Origin: a phage
Reading direction: 5' to 3' (one strand)
Sequence record: PZ347775.1
DNA: 64,000 nucleotides
The position numbers and the translations under genes were made by a program. Below are positions 8,905 to 16,931 of the stretch, in pieces (position 1 is the stretch's first letter; each line of letters opens with the position of its first letter). Below the pieces are notes generated by a model. That model did not search any database and was not told the DNA's origin. It saw nothing but the letters and a program-made list of their open reading frames with translations.

Positions 8905-9378
8905 TTATTTGATTTGTTTAGCAGACCAAATGCGGTCTTTAATAATTTTTTGGATGTCTTCAACATACTCAAGAGAGTGAACATGTGGATTATCTTTGAA
9001 ACTATAGGCACGGGCTAACTTTTGGCCTTCGGTTTTGATTACTAAAAGCTCTTTAAGGATAGCTTCATACTTAGCGATAATTCCTTTAACAATATTTTTT
9101 TCTTGTGTAGCTTTAGGATCTGCTTTAGGAGCAGGTTTACCCGAAGCCTTTGCAAAAGCAGCACCAGTAGCAACTAAACTTTTCCAGGCCATACTAACCG
9201 CATTTCCCGTAAATCCTTCGGCTTTCATATCACGAGCAAATTGGAATCGTGATTCATCGGAAGCATCTTTATAGGAATATTTACCCGCGGCAATGGCAGC
9301 TTTTGCAACAGCTTGAATTTCAGTGCTAGATGCTTCATTTAACACCGCTTCATTTAAAAATTGAGCATATGATTTCAT
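8905..9378 (-). CDS. hypothetical protein with capsid-targeting-like leader (candidate internal protein)
   Basis: N-terminus MKSYAQFLNEA resembles the MKTYQEFIxEA leader; Ala/Lys-rich; flanked by twin hairpins. Confidence 0.55.
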   Translation of the reverse strand: MKSYAQFLNEAVLNEASSTEIQAVAKAAIAAGKYSYKDASDESRFQFARDMKAEGFTGNAVSMAWKSLVATGAAFAKASGKPAPKADPKATQEKNIVKGIIAKYEAILKELLVIKTEGQKLARAYSFKDNPHVHSLEYVEDIQKIIKDRIWSAKQIK

Positions 9379-9420
9379 CTTATTTCCTGTTTTAATTCGT
9401 GGTTTTAATATACTTATTTA

Positions 9421-9451
9421 TACTAAAAAGCCCCAACCTTTCGGTCGGGGC
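9421..9451 (-). terminator. rho-independent terminator-like hairpin
   Basis: GCCCCAACC-TTTC-GGTCGGGGC followed by TTTTT on minus strand. Confidence 0.5.
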
Positions 9452-9455
9452 TAAG

Positions 9456-9760
9456 CCTTGCGGCAACCTTGTCGGGGTTCCACCTGCTAAGGCAAGTGTT
9501 TGTACGAAACGCCGGGATTCGAACCCGGTTATTAAGCAGTTGACGCTACTTAATATTTTTAAAAGGCCATATCTCGACCATATCCGAACGTTCCGTCAAA
9601 AACGCTACTCGGCTTACGGCAAAGATATTTCCTCGAATCGATAATTCTGTGCGCCGTTTCTGCTGTGATGTAAGGGGATATTAATAAATCATAAAGATTT
9701 ATTAAGACCAGTCCTTACACAGGGAACATCAGTCCGACGACTTACCGGTAGCGACCCGGT
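9456..9760 (-). ncRNA. candidate stable RNA with tRNA-like 3' domain (T4 species 1/2 RNA position)
   Basis: no ORF on minus strand; canonical T-arm CCGGG-UUCGAAU-CCCGG at 9528-9512 but no complete cloverleaf could be folded by hand. Confidence 0.3.
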
Positions 9761-9763
9761 TTC

Positions 9764-10114
9764 TTAATATTCTTTTAAAGCATCAATCTGTTCACGACGT
9801 TTACGCCATAAATCAATTGCTTCATACGCAGATTCAGCATTTCGAATTGGACGGCATTTATATAAAGACTCGTGATTTTGATATTGCGTAGATAACGTAA
9901 TTTTATCTAAAAGGTCTTTACGTTCAAAGTATTCGTAACCATCTAAGCCAAATGAACGATTTTTGAGAAATTGCCAATGACCATATTCGTTTTCGACATA
10001 AACATAATCCGCGTGTTGATAAAGCAAATTAATTACACGTTCAGAAATAACAGTGTCATTGTGATTAAAATAAAATGTTAAATCATGAACTACTAAATAA
10101 ACATTACCTTTCAT
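9764..10114 (-). CDS. hypothetical protein embedded in the tRNA region
   Basis: 116 aa ORF between tRNA-Arg and the stable-RNA candidate; no recognisable motif. Confidence 0.5.
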   Translation of the reverse strand: MKGNVYLVVHDLTFYFNHNDTVISERVINLLYQHADYVYVENEYGHWQFLKNRSFGLDGYEYFERKDLLDKITLSTQYQNHESLYKCRPIRNAESAYEAIDLWRKRREQIDALKEY

Positions 10115-10130
10115 ATTTTCCTCACTTAAT

Positions 10131-10206
10131 TGGTCGAGGCAGTAGGGATCGAACCTACGACCTAGGACTTAGAAGGTCCTTGCTCTTCCTTCTGAGCTAT
10201 GCCCCG
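10131..10206 (-). tRNA. tRNA-Arg (anticodon UCU)
   Basis: hand-folded cloverleaf; anticodon loop CUUCUAA, T-loop UUCGAUC, 7-bp acceptor stem, CCA encoded. Confidence 0.85.
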
Positions 10207-10210
10207 TAAT

Positions 10211-10286
10211 TGGGGTGACCGATGGGAGTCGAACCCATGACTACGAGAATCACAATCTCGAGTTCTACCAACTGAACTACGGCCAC
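10211..10286 (-). tRNA. tRNA-His (anticodon GUG)
   Basis: anticodon loop UUGUGAU, discriminator C73 typical of tRNA-His, T-loop UUCGACU, CCA encoded. Confidence 0.75.
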
Positions 10287-10400
10287 ATTAATACCTACTC
10301 CAACAATCAAGATGTCTTCACACGAAATTAAGAGAAGAGTGATCAGTTCAACCCCGATAATCGCGTCAAGTAGATATTAATGTGACAGTTGTCACAAATT

Positions 10401-10475
10401 TGGCGGACGTGATAGGATTCGAACCTATAACCAATCGCTTAACAGGCGATCGCTCTGCCATTGAGCTACACATCC
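10401..10475 (-). tRNA. tRNA-Asn (anticodon GUU)
   Basis: anticodon loop CUGUUAA, D-stem GCUC/GAGC, T-loop UUCGAAU, discriminator G, CCA encoded. Confidence 0.8.
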
Positions 10476-10479
10476 AAAT

Positions 10480-10566
10480 TGGTGGGGAGTGATGGAGTCG
10501 AACCACCCGAGTCGCAATGACAATGGATTTACAGTCCACACCGCTACCTCTACGGGATAACTCCCC
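10480..10566 (-). tRNA. tRNA-Tyr (anticodon GUA)
   Basis: 87 nt with long variable arm; anticodon loop CUGUAAA; discriminator A; perfect 7-bp acceptor stem. Confidence 0.75.
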
Positions 10567-10579
10567 TTAATTCTTAATT

Positions 10580-10654
10580 TGGTGGCCCTGGGTGGAATTG
10601 AACCACCATCTGGCGATTATGAGTCGCTTGCTTGAACCTTCCAGCTACAGGGCC
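10580..10654 (-). tRNA. tRNA with anticodon CAU (Ile2-type as in T4, or Met)
   Basis: anticodon loop CUCAUAA; T-loop UUCAAUU; perfect acceptor stem; D-stem only 3 bp. Confidence 0.7.
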
Positions 10655-10655
10655 T

Positions 10656-10731
10656 TGGTGCTGATTGACGGAATCGAACCGCCGACCTTCTCATTACAAG
10701 TGAGTTGCTCTACCTACTGAGCTAAATCAGC
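10656..10731 (-). tRNA. tRNA-Thr (anticodon UGU)
   Basis: anticodon loop CUUGUAA; D-stem GCUC/GAGC; T-loop UUCGAUU; CCA encoded. Confidence 0.85.
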
Positions 10732-10736
10732 AAAAC

Positions 10737-10826
10737 TGGCGGAGGCGATAGGATTTGAACCTATGAGTCGCCGGAGCGACTGCCGGTTTTCAAGACCGGT
10801 GCATTAAACCACTCTGCCACGCCTCC
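10737..10826 (-). tRNA. tRNA-Ser (anticodon UGA)
   Basis: 90 nt, long variable arm GUCGC/GCGAC; anticodon loop CUUGAAA; CCA encoded. Confidence 0.85.
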
Positions 10827-10828
10827 AG

Positions 10829-10902
10829 TCTCCATACAAGGATTTGAACCTTGGACCTCCTGATCCCAAATCAGGCGCTCTACCAAACTGAGCTACACGG
10901 AG
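10829..10902 (-). tRNA. tRNA-Pro (anticodon UGG)
   Basis: anticodon loop UUUGGGA; T-loop UUCAAAU; CCA not encoded, abuts tRNA-Ser (T4-style Pro-Ser dimer). Confidence 0.8.
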
Positions 10903-10912
10903 TAAATTAAAT

Positions 10913-10986
<74 letters not shown>

Positions 10987-10991
10987 AAATT

Positions 10992-11078
10992 TGGTGCGAG
11001 AAGTGGGACTCGAACCCACAAGGAAATCATTCCGCAGCATTTTAAGTGCTGTGCCTTTACCAATTTGACCATTCTCGC
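10992..11078 (-). tRNA. tRNA-Leu (anticodon UAA)
   Basis: 87 nt with long variable arm; anticodon loop CUUAAAA; T-loop UUCGAGU. Confidence 0.85.
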
Positions 11079-11079
11079 G

Positions 11080-11152
11080 CTGGGAATAAAGGACTCGAAC
11101 CTTTGCATCCTGGAATCAAAATCCAGTGCCTTACCAACTTGGCTAATTCCCA
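11080..11152 (-). tRNA. tRNA-Gln (anticodon UUG)
   Basis: anticodon loop UUUUGAU; perfect acceptor stem UGGGAAU/AUUCCCA; discriminator G; CCA not encoded. Confidence 0.8.
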
Positions 11153-11249
11153 ATTATTAACAAAGGCTCTCAAGCAAGAACCCTTGATGATAGAGGGTAT
11201 TAATCAGTGCGATATGAGTTAATAATAACAAATAATTCTTAAAGCATAT

Positions 11250-11537
11250 TTACCATTTATGATAATACATATTTATGATGCATTCAAGACCCAAAGGATT
11301 CTTGAAAATATCATATTCAAGAGGACCTTTTTCTGTTTCAATAAAGAAATCAAAGTTAACTGTATTAAATTTACGATCTTCCTTTACTAATTTAACCTGC
11401 GAAGATGAACGATCAATGTAAACCTTTTCAACTTCAAAACATGTTAAAATGCCATAATCATTAATCAAGGCTTTAGCTGCTTCTTGATCATATTTATATC
11501 CATTTTCAACAGACGATACTTTTGCATAAAGAATCAT
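11250..11537 (-). CDS. hypothetical protein
   Basis: 95 aa ORF between ipI locus and tRNA array. Confidence 0.5.
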   Translation of the reverse strand: MILYAKVSSVENGYKYDQEAAKALINDYGILTCFEVEKVYIDRSSSQVKLVKEDRKFNTVNFDFFIETEKGPLEYDIFKNPLGLECIINMYYHKW

Positions 11538-11539
11538 TA

Positions 11540-11944
11540 TTAACCTTTATCAACAATAGTGTGAGTATGGACATTTACAATTTGCCACCAATCGAAACTA
11601 TCGCCAAATCGTTTTGATTTATTGTCTTCAATAATTTGACGTAATTCATCTTCTGTTTCAGCATACGCAATCAAATCATCATATCCACCGCAAGGATAAT
11701 AATTATCGCCTGCAAACAAAAGAAAATTTACTTTAGATGGGTCTACATAATAATGCTCTTTAGGATATTTAGTTCCTTTCCAATCAGTTACTTCAACATA
11801 ACGGTAAGAAAATCCATTTTTACTTTCAACCCAACTCCACGCTTCAAAAGGAGTATTAAAAACTCTATCAGGTATTAAATTACCTTCAAAATGAGAAGGA
11901 TTTGCATAATCCCCAGCATAAACATAATATTCGTTAATATTCAT
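11540..11944 (-). CDS. hypothetical protein
   Basis: 134 aa ORF, aromatic-rich; no recognisable motif. Confidence 0.5.
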   Translation of the reverse strand: MNINEYYVYAGDYANPSHFEGNLIPDRVFNTPFEAWSWVESKNGFSYRYVEVTDWKGTKYPKEHYYVDPSKVNFLLFAGDNYYPCGGYDDLIAYAETEDELRQIIEDNKSKRFGDSFDWWQIVNVHTHTIVDKG

Positions 11945-12130
11945 TTATTCACCTTTAGAAATTTTATCCATAACGATAGCAATTAAACCAATTAAAAATG
12001 CTACTACAAGTGAAAATACATTTTCTGCTGTAGTTAATAATCCGCATATAAATCCAACAAACATTGAAAAACTAAAAGCGGAAGCAGAAATTGCAATAGC
12101 AACATTTCGAATTAATTCACAACGTTTCAT
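11945..12130 (-). CDS. small membrane protein
   Basis: 61 aa, two hydrophobic helices. Confidence 0.45.
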   Translation of the reverse strand: MKRCELIRNVAIAISASAFSFSMFVGFICGLLTTAENVFSLVVAFLIGLIAIVMDKISKGE

Positions 12131-12156
12131 TTTATTCTCCTCAGTAGTTGATAGGG

Positions 12157-12188
12157 TAATAATATCACTACCCCATCTAAAAGTAAAC
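12157..12188 (-). promoter_or_regulatory. early promoter / stem-loop cassette copy
   Basis: minus strand GTTTAC upstream of GTGATATTATTACCC; inverted repeat GGGTA/TACCC. Confidence 0.4.
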
Positions 12189-12198
12189 GGTTTATAAA

Positions 12199-12507
12199 CT
12201 ATTTTATTCCGCGTGATGCAATTGTGTTCTGCCGTTTAACACCAGTTTGTTTAAAGTCATGATTGTCGATTTGATCGGTACGAGCAACACCGAATGATGA
12301 TTTAATCTTAGCTTTAGATCCTTTAGTTATAGAAATAAACATCTCGGAAGCCCCTTTCTTAAAGTCCGAGGCGATTACTTCAACGCCGTTCTTAGCAAGT
12401 GACCTCAGAATTGCCTCCGCGTACTCATCATCAAGACTCGCCTGAGTATTAATAACGAATGTCTTTGGTGCAGTCGCTTCATTGATAAATTCTTGATATG
12501 TTTTCAT
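12199..12507 (-). CDS. internal protein with capsid-targeting sequence (ipI locus)
   Basis: start set at MKTYQEFINEA; ORF-track start 12519 adds four residues. Confidence 0.7.
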   Translation of the reverse strand: MKTYQEFINEATAPKTFVINTQASLDDEYAEAILRSLAKNGVEVIASDFKKGASEMFISITKGSKAKIKSSFGVARTDQIDNHDFKQTGVKRQNTIASRGIK

Positions 12508-12539
12508 TTTGATTTCCATTTAGTTTTGTTTTGATAGGG

Positions 12540-12571
12540 TAATAGTATCACAACTAAACCACCGTGTAAAC
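12540..12571 (-). promoter_or_regulatory. early promoter / stem-loop cassette copy
   Basis: minus strand GTTTAC, 18 nt, TACTAT within GTGATACTATTACCCTATC. Confidence 0.4.
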
Positions 12572-12574
12572 AAT

Positions 12575-12847
12575 TTATTTTAAATAAATTGCATATTTTT
12601 TATAACCAGCCGTCTCGTGACGCAGACCTTTTTCATTAGCAAAGCGTTCAATATTATTAATTTGATTCTGATCAAGTTCTGAAATATCAAATACAAAAAA
12701 GTTTCGTTTATTTCCTAACGTTACATGATTCGTCAAATCAATGTTATAAAGATGATTTATATTATCAATCATAGTCTTAACAGATTTGCTAATTTTTACT
12801 TCTTCATTAAGAGCAGATTCAACGATAAACTCTTTGAAAGTTTTCAT
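12575..12847 (-). CDS. internal protein with capsid-targeting sequence (ipI locus)
   Basis: N-terminus MKTFKEFIVESA; 90 aa. Confidence 0.7.
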   Translation of the reverse strand: MKTFKEFIVESALNEEVKISKSVKTMIDNINHLYNIDLTNHVTLGNKRNFFVFDISELDQNQINNIERFANEKGLRHETAGYKKYAIYLK

Positions 12848-12867
12848 TTTATTTTCCTAATTAATTT

Positions 12868-12907
12868 TGATGAGGTAATAGTATCACTACCTCATCAACG
12901 TGTAAAC
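12868..12907 (-). promoter_or_regulatory. early promoter / stem-loop cassette copy
   Basis: minus strand GTTTAC; perfect 9-bp inverted repeat GATGAGGTA/TACCTCATC enclosing the -10-like GTGATACTAT. Confidence 0.4.
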
Positions 12908-12919
12908 AACTTTGTGAAA

Positions 12920-13616
<697 letters not shown>

Positions 13617-13617
<1 letters not shown>

Positions 13618-14330
13618 TATAGTACCTTTAGTGTATTTTTAATTTTAGAAAAAAGTTCTTCAAGAGAACCATCGTTTGTAATTACTAAATCGCCATCACG
13701 AATTGGCAATCCAGCTTCTGTAATATGAGTATCATTGGATTTTTGACCAGGACGAACTACATGAATTACTGTAGCACCCATCGCCCTAGCCGCATCCATT
13801 TCATGATCTTGACGAGTATCAGGAACGATATAATAATCATAACCTGAGTTAAATTTATCAAGATAATCTAAAGCAAATAATTTTACCCAATACATGCGGT
13901 CGAAGTTATTAACAATCAAATCCGTACCTAGGGCTTGCATCAGACGACGGACTGACCATTGATCTTCAATATTATTTATAACGTCAGTAATCTTGTTAAA
14001 TGCTACGAAATTAACTGCGTCATCAAAAACAAACACACCTTTAATTGGGCTTTTACTATTAAGATAGCAAAATGCTTGTTCCATAATCGTAATTACTTCT
14101 AATTTAGTCAGATTTAAATTAGTTTCACGATCATAGTCAATTCCTTCAAACTCTTTACGAGTTAAACAAGGATAGCCAGTGTTTGCTGCAAATACGCCCC
14201 ATGCATAAGCCAATGCATCTTTAATAGGACCAGCAAGTTGATATTTAACTGCAGAATAATTATTCATGATAAAATCTGCAGTAGTATCTTTTCCACTACG
14301 CTTTACACCACTTAAAAAGATTAGTTTCAT
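13617..14330 (-). CDS. 1: deoxynucleoside monophosphate kinase (gene 1)
   Basis: 237 aa, P-loop GVKRSGKDT; map position as in T4. Confidence 0.9.
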
Positions 14331-14379
14331 ATGTTTCTCCTCAAATTTAGTTAAGATTATAACACATGAAACTGAAGCA

Positions 14380-14910
14380 TTAAACTTCTGCTATAATTTT
14401 GCCATCTTTTTCTACTTGAAAATACGTATAAGGAATCGTTGCTGTGCATACTAAGGCTGGGTCTGAATCTTCTGTGTAGCTAAATTCTACTTCAGACAGG
14501 TCAGAAACCCAGGGCTTATAAAAATTTATTGACATCACGATTTCAGTTTTACTATTATCTAAAATGTAAAGCGTAATGTATTCAGGACCTGTTTTTTGGG
14601 CAGTATTTTCGCCTGTAAGATAGTTGCTAGTTCCTAGCATCCATTCATACATTCCTATCCACGACTTAAGTTCTTCATCAACTATAAATCTCACAATGAG
14701 TGGGTCGTACTCAAATGTAACACCTGGACGTTGTGCTCGGCCTAGTCCAAACGGCCCAGTCACGGTATCAGTAACAGGTATCCTAATTCCCGGAATAGGA
14801 ACTGACTGAGCATTTAAAGTAAAAGCAGATGTAGTATTACTATGCGGTATTGATACTACAAAGTTAGTTGTATTTGCTTGGTTAAAAATTTGTTGTAGTG
14901 CTTGCGACAT
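14380..14910 (-). CDS. 3: tail completion / sheath stabiliser gp3
   Basis: start set at MSQALQQIFNQ giving 176 aa as in T4 gp3; ORF-track start 14991 is upstream. Confidence 0.85.
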   Translation of the reverse strand: MSQALQQIFNQANTTNFVVSIPHSNTTSAFTLNAQSVPIPGIRIPVTDTVTGPFGLGRAQRPGVTFEYDPLIVRFIVDEELKSWIGMYEWMLGTSNYLTGENTAQKTGPEYITLYILDNSKTEIVMSINFYKPWVSDLSEVEFSYTEDSDPALVCTATIPYTYFQVEKDGKIIAEV

Positions 14911-15016
14911 ATATTCCTCATAATGCTTCATAGATGTTAGTGGTATAATGGGTCTAAGTCTCTTCCATTCAATTCCAATTAGAACAAACAATAGAAAAGA
15001 ATGGAAGATAATAGAA

Positions 15017-15841
15017 TTAGATATTTGACCAGACTTTGTTTGCAGAGAAACGTTTTCCTTTTGAAACGAACTGCTGAAGTGGCATTAACACAACGTTCGC
15101 CCAGTCTTTCGGGGCGATTTCAACAAGGCTACCCATAATATTACCAGGTATATATGCCTTAATCATTTGGTCTGCACCCCTAAATCCTTTCACTTGACTC
15201 CAATCAATTTTTAATTTCGTTTTATTAGTAATAGTAGGTGTATTCGAATATTGCTTTAAAAGCTCTTCTAGAAATTGCTGACGAGCTTTAGGTGGAATAT
15301 AGTGCAAGTTCAATCCGTACATTAAATTATGTTTACCTAAACCAAGGTAAATTATCAAAGGAAATTTATCCCAGTAAGGAAGAGTTTCCTTGTGTTTAGC
15401 ATCATAAGCAAAAGCATATATTCGTCCCGGCTGCGGGCGAACAACTTTATGTCCTTTTACCTGCTTAATAGTTTCAGCAAACCACTTTCTGGTTTTATTA
15501 TTAATTGCTGCACCTTCATTACGAATTTTATCACGCAATGTTTGCCTGAATGAATTTATCATAAGCAGTTGTCTTTCTTGCTTATTGAGTTTATTCATTG
15601 GTTTTGATTCAAGCTTTTGAATCTTTTCAGCCGTTTTAATTCCTGAAGCATATTTTGACATTGCCGAAGTAAACGTAGAGTATTTGATTCCTCTTTCTTC
15701 AGCAAATTGCTTTCCTGTCATTCCTTTTGCTTTGGCCTTTCTGTATTCAAGACCTATCTGAATCCATTTCTTTTCATTTAATGATTGCTTAACCTTTGGA
15801 ACTTGGGGAGTGCTTTCATTAATTATTTGAAAAATAGCCAT
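15017..15841 (-). CDS. 2: DNA end protector gp2
   Basis: 274 aa, same length and position as T4 gp2. Confidence 0.9.
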   Translation of the reverse strand: MAIFQIINESTPQVPKVKQSLNEKKWIQIGLEYRKAKAKGMTGKQFAEERGIKYSTFTSAMSKYASGIKTAEKIQKLESKPMNKLNKQERQLLMINSFRQTLRDKIRNEGAAINNKTRKWFAETIKQVKGHKVVRPQPGRIYAFAYDAKHKETLPYWDKFPLIIYLGLGKHNLMYGLNLHYIPPKARQQFLEELLKQYSNTPTITNKTKLKIDWSQVKGFRGADQMIKAYIPGNIMGSLVEIAPKDWANVVLMPLQQFVSKGKRFSANKVWSNI

Positions 15842-16293
15842 TATGCCCCCTTAAAGCCAAGAGCTCTTAATCCATCTTCTGTTAGAATTCTAAATTTTAT
15901 TCCACGCTTTTCAGCTAAAGCTTGAGCTGCTTTCCATTTGTCAGTATTAACGGAATATGTATAAATTTCATTCATAAATCTTTTCTTCGCTGCAGTTGTT
16001 AGATGTGCTGGTTTAACTGGTGGTTGTGTTTCTTTTTTAGGCTTTATTTCAATAAAAAATTCTTGTCCAGAAGAATCTTTCATCCAAATATCCATGAAGT
16101 ATCTACGTTTTTTCCCTTCTGCATTACAAAAATAAGGAATTACTGCTGTTTCACTACCCCATGCAATAATTTCTGGATTTTTATCTAACCATTCAAAAAA
16201 GAATTTTTCCCAATTTGATCTATACGTAATTTTTTTAGGGTCACCTCTATATTTTGATATATTTTTAGGAACCCATTTTCCAGAATATGCCAT
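15841..16293 (-). CDS. 4: head completion protein gp4
   Basis: 150 aa, same length and position as T4 gp4. Confidence 0.9.
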   Translation of the reverse strand: MAYSGKWVPKNISKYRGDPKKITYRSNWEKFFFEWLDKNPEIIAWGSETAVIPYFCNAEGKKRRYFMDIWMKDSSGQEFFIEIKPKKETQPPVKPAHLTTAAKKRFMNEIYTYSVNTDKWKAAQALAEKRGIKFRILTEDGLRALGFKGA

Positions 16294-16304
16294 TGGATTC
16301 TCCT

Positions 16305-16312
16305 TATAAATA
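16305..16312 (+). promoter_or_regulatory. late promoter (TATAAATA) for gene 53
   Basis: exact TATAAATA about 30 nt upstream of AGGAGG SD and ATG of gene 53. Confidence 0.6.
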
Positions 16313-16340
16313 GATAATATATTTATAAACAGGAGGGCCC

Positions 16341-16931
16341 ATGCTCTTTACATTTTTTGATCCGATTGAATATGCGGCCAAAACGGTGAATAAAAACGCG
16401 CCGACTATTCCTATGACAGATATTTTTAGAAACTATAAAGACTATTTCAAACGTGCTCTTGCAGGATACCGCTTACGTACTTATTATATTAAAGGTTCAC
16501 CACGCCCGGAAGAATTAGCAAATGCTATATATGGAAATCCGCAGTTGTATTGGGTTTTATTGATGTGTAATGATAATTATGATCCGTATTATGGATGGAT
16601 TACTTCGCAAGAAGCTGCTTATCAAGCATCTATACAAAAATACAAAAACGTAGGTGGAGACCAAATAGTATATCATGTGAATGAGAACGGTGAAAAATTT
16701 TATAATTTAATATCATACGATGATAATCCATATGTTTGGTATGACAAAGGCGATAAAGCTAGAAAATATCCTCAATATGAAGGAGCACTTGCTGCGGTCG
16801 ATACGTATGAAGCTGCTGTTCTTGAAAATGAAAAACTTCGTCAAATAAAAATAATAGCAAAATCAGACATCAATTCATTTATGAACGACCTTATACGTAT
16901 AATGGAGAAATCTTATGGAAATGATAAGTAA
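16341..16931 (+). CDS. 53: baseplate wedge protein gp53
   Basis: 196 aa; order 53-5-6-7-8 as in T4. Confidence 0.92.
   Translation: MLFTFFDPIEYAAKTVNKNAPTIPMTDIFRNYKDYFKRALAGYRLRTYYIKGSPRPEELANAIYGNPQLYWVLLMCNDNYDPYYGWITSQEAAYQASIQKYKNVGGDQIVYHVNENGEKFYNLISYDDNPYVWYDKGDKARKYPQYEGALAAVDTYEAAVLENEKLRQIKIIAKSDINSFMNDLIRIMEKSYGNDK

Noticed and set aside
9399-9644. Plus-strand 81-aa ORF over the terminator and stable-RNA region
   Set aside because: It overlaps the terminator hairpin and the tRNA-like T-arm and is opposite to all local transcription signals.
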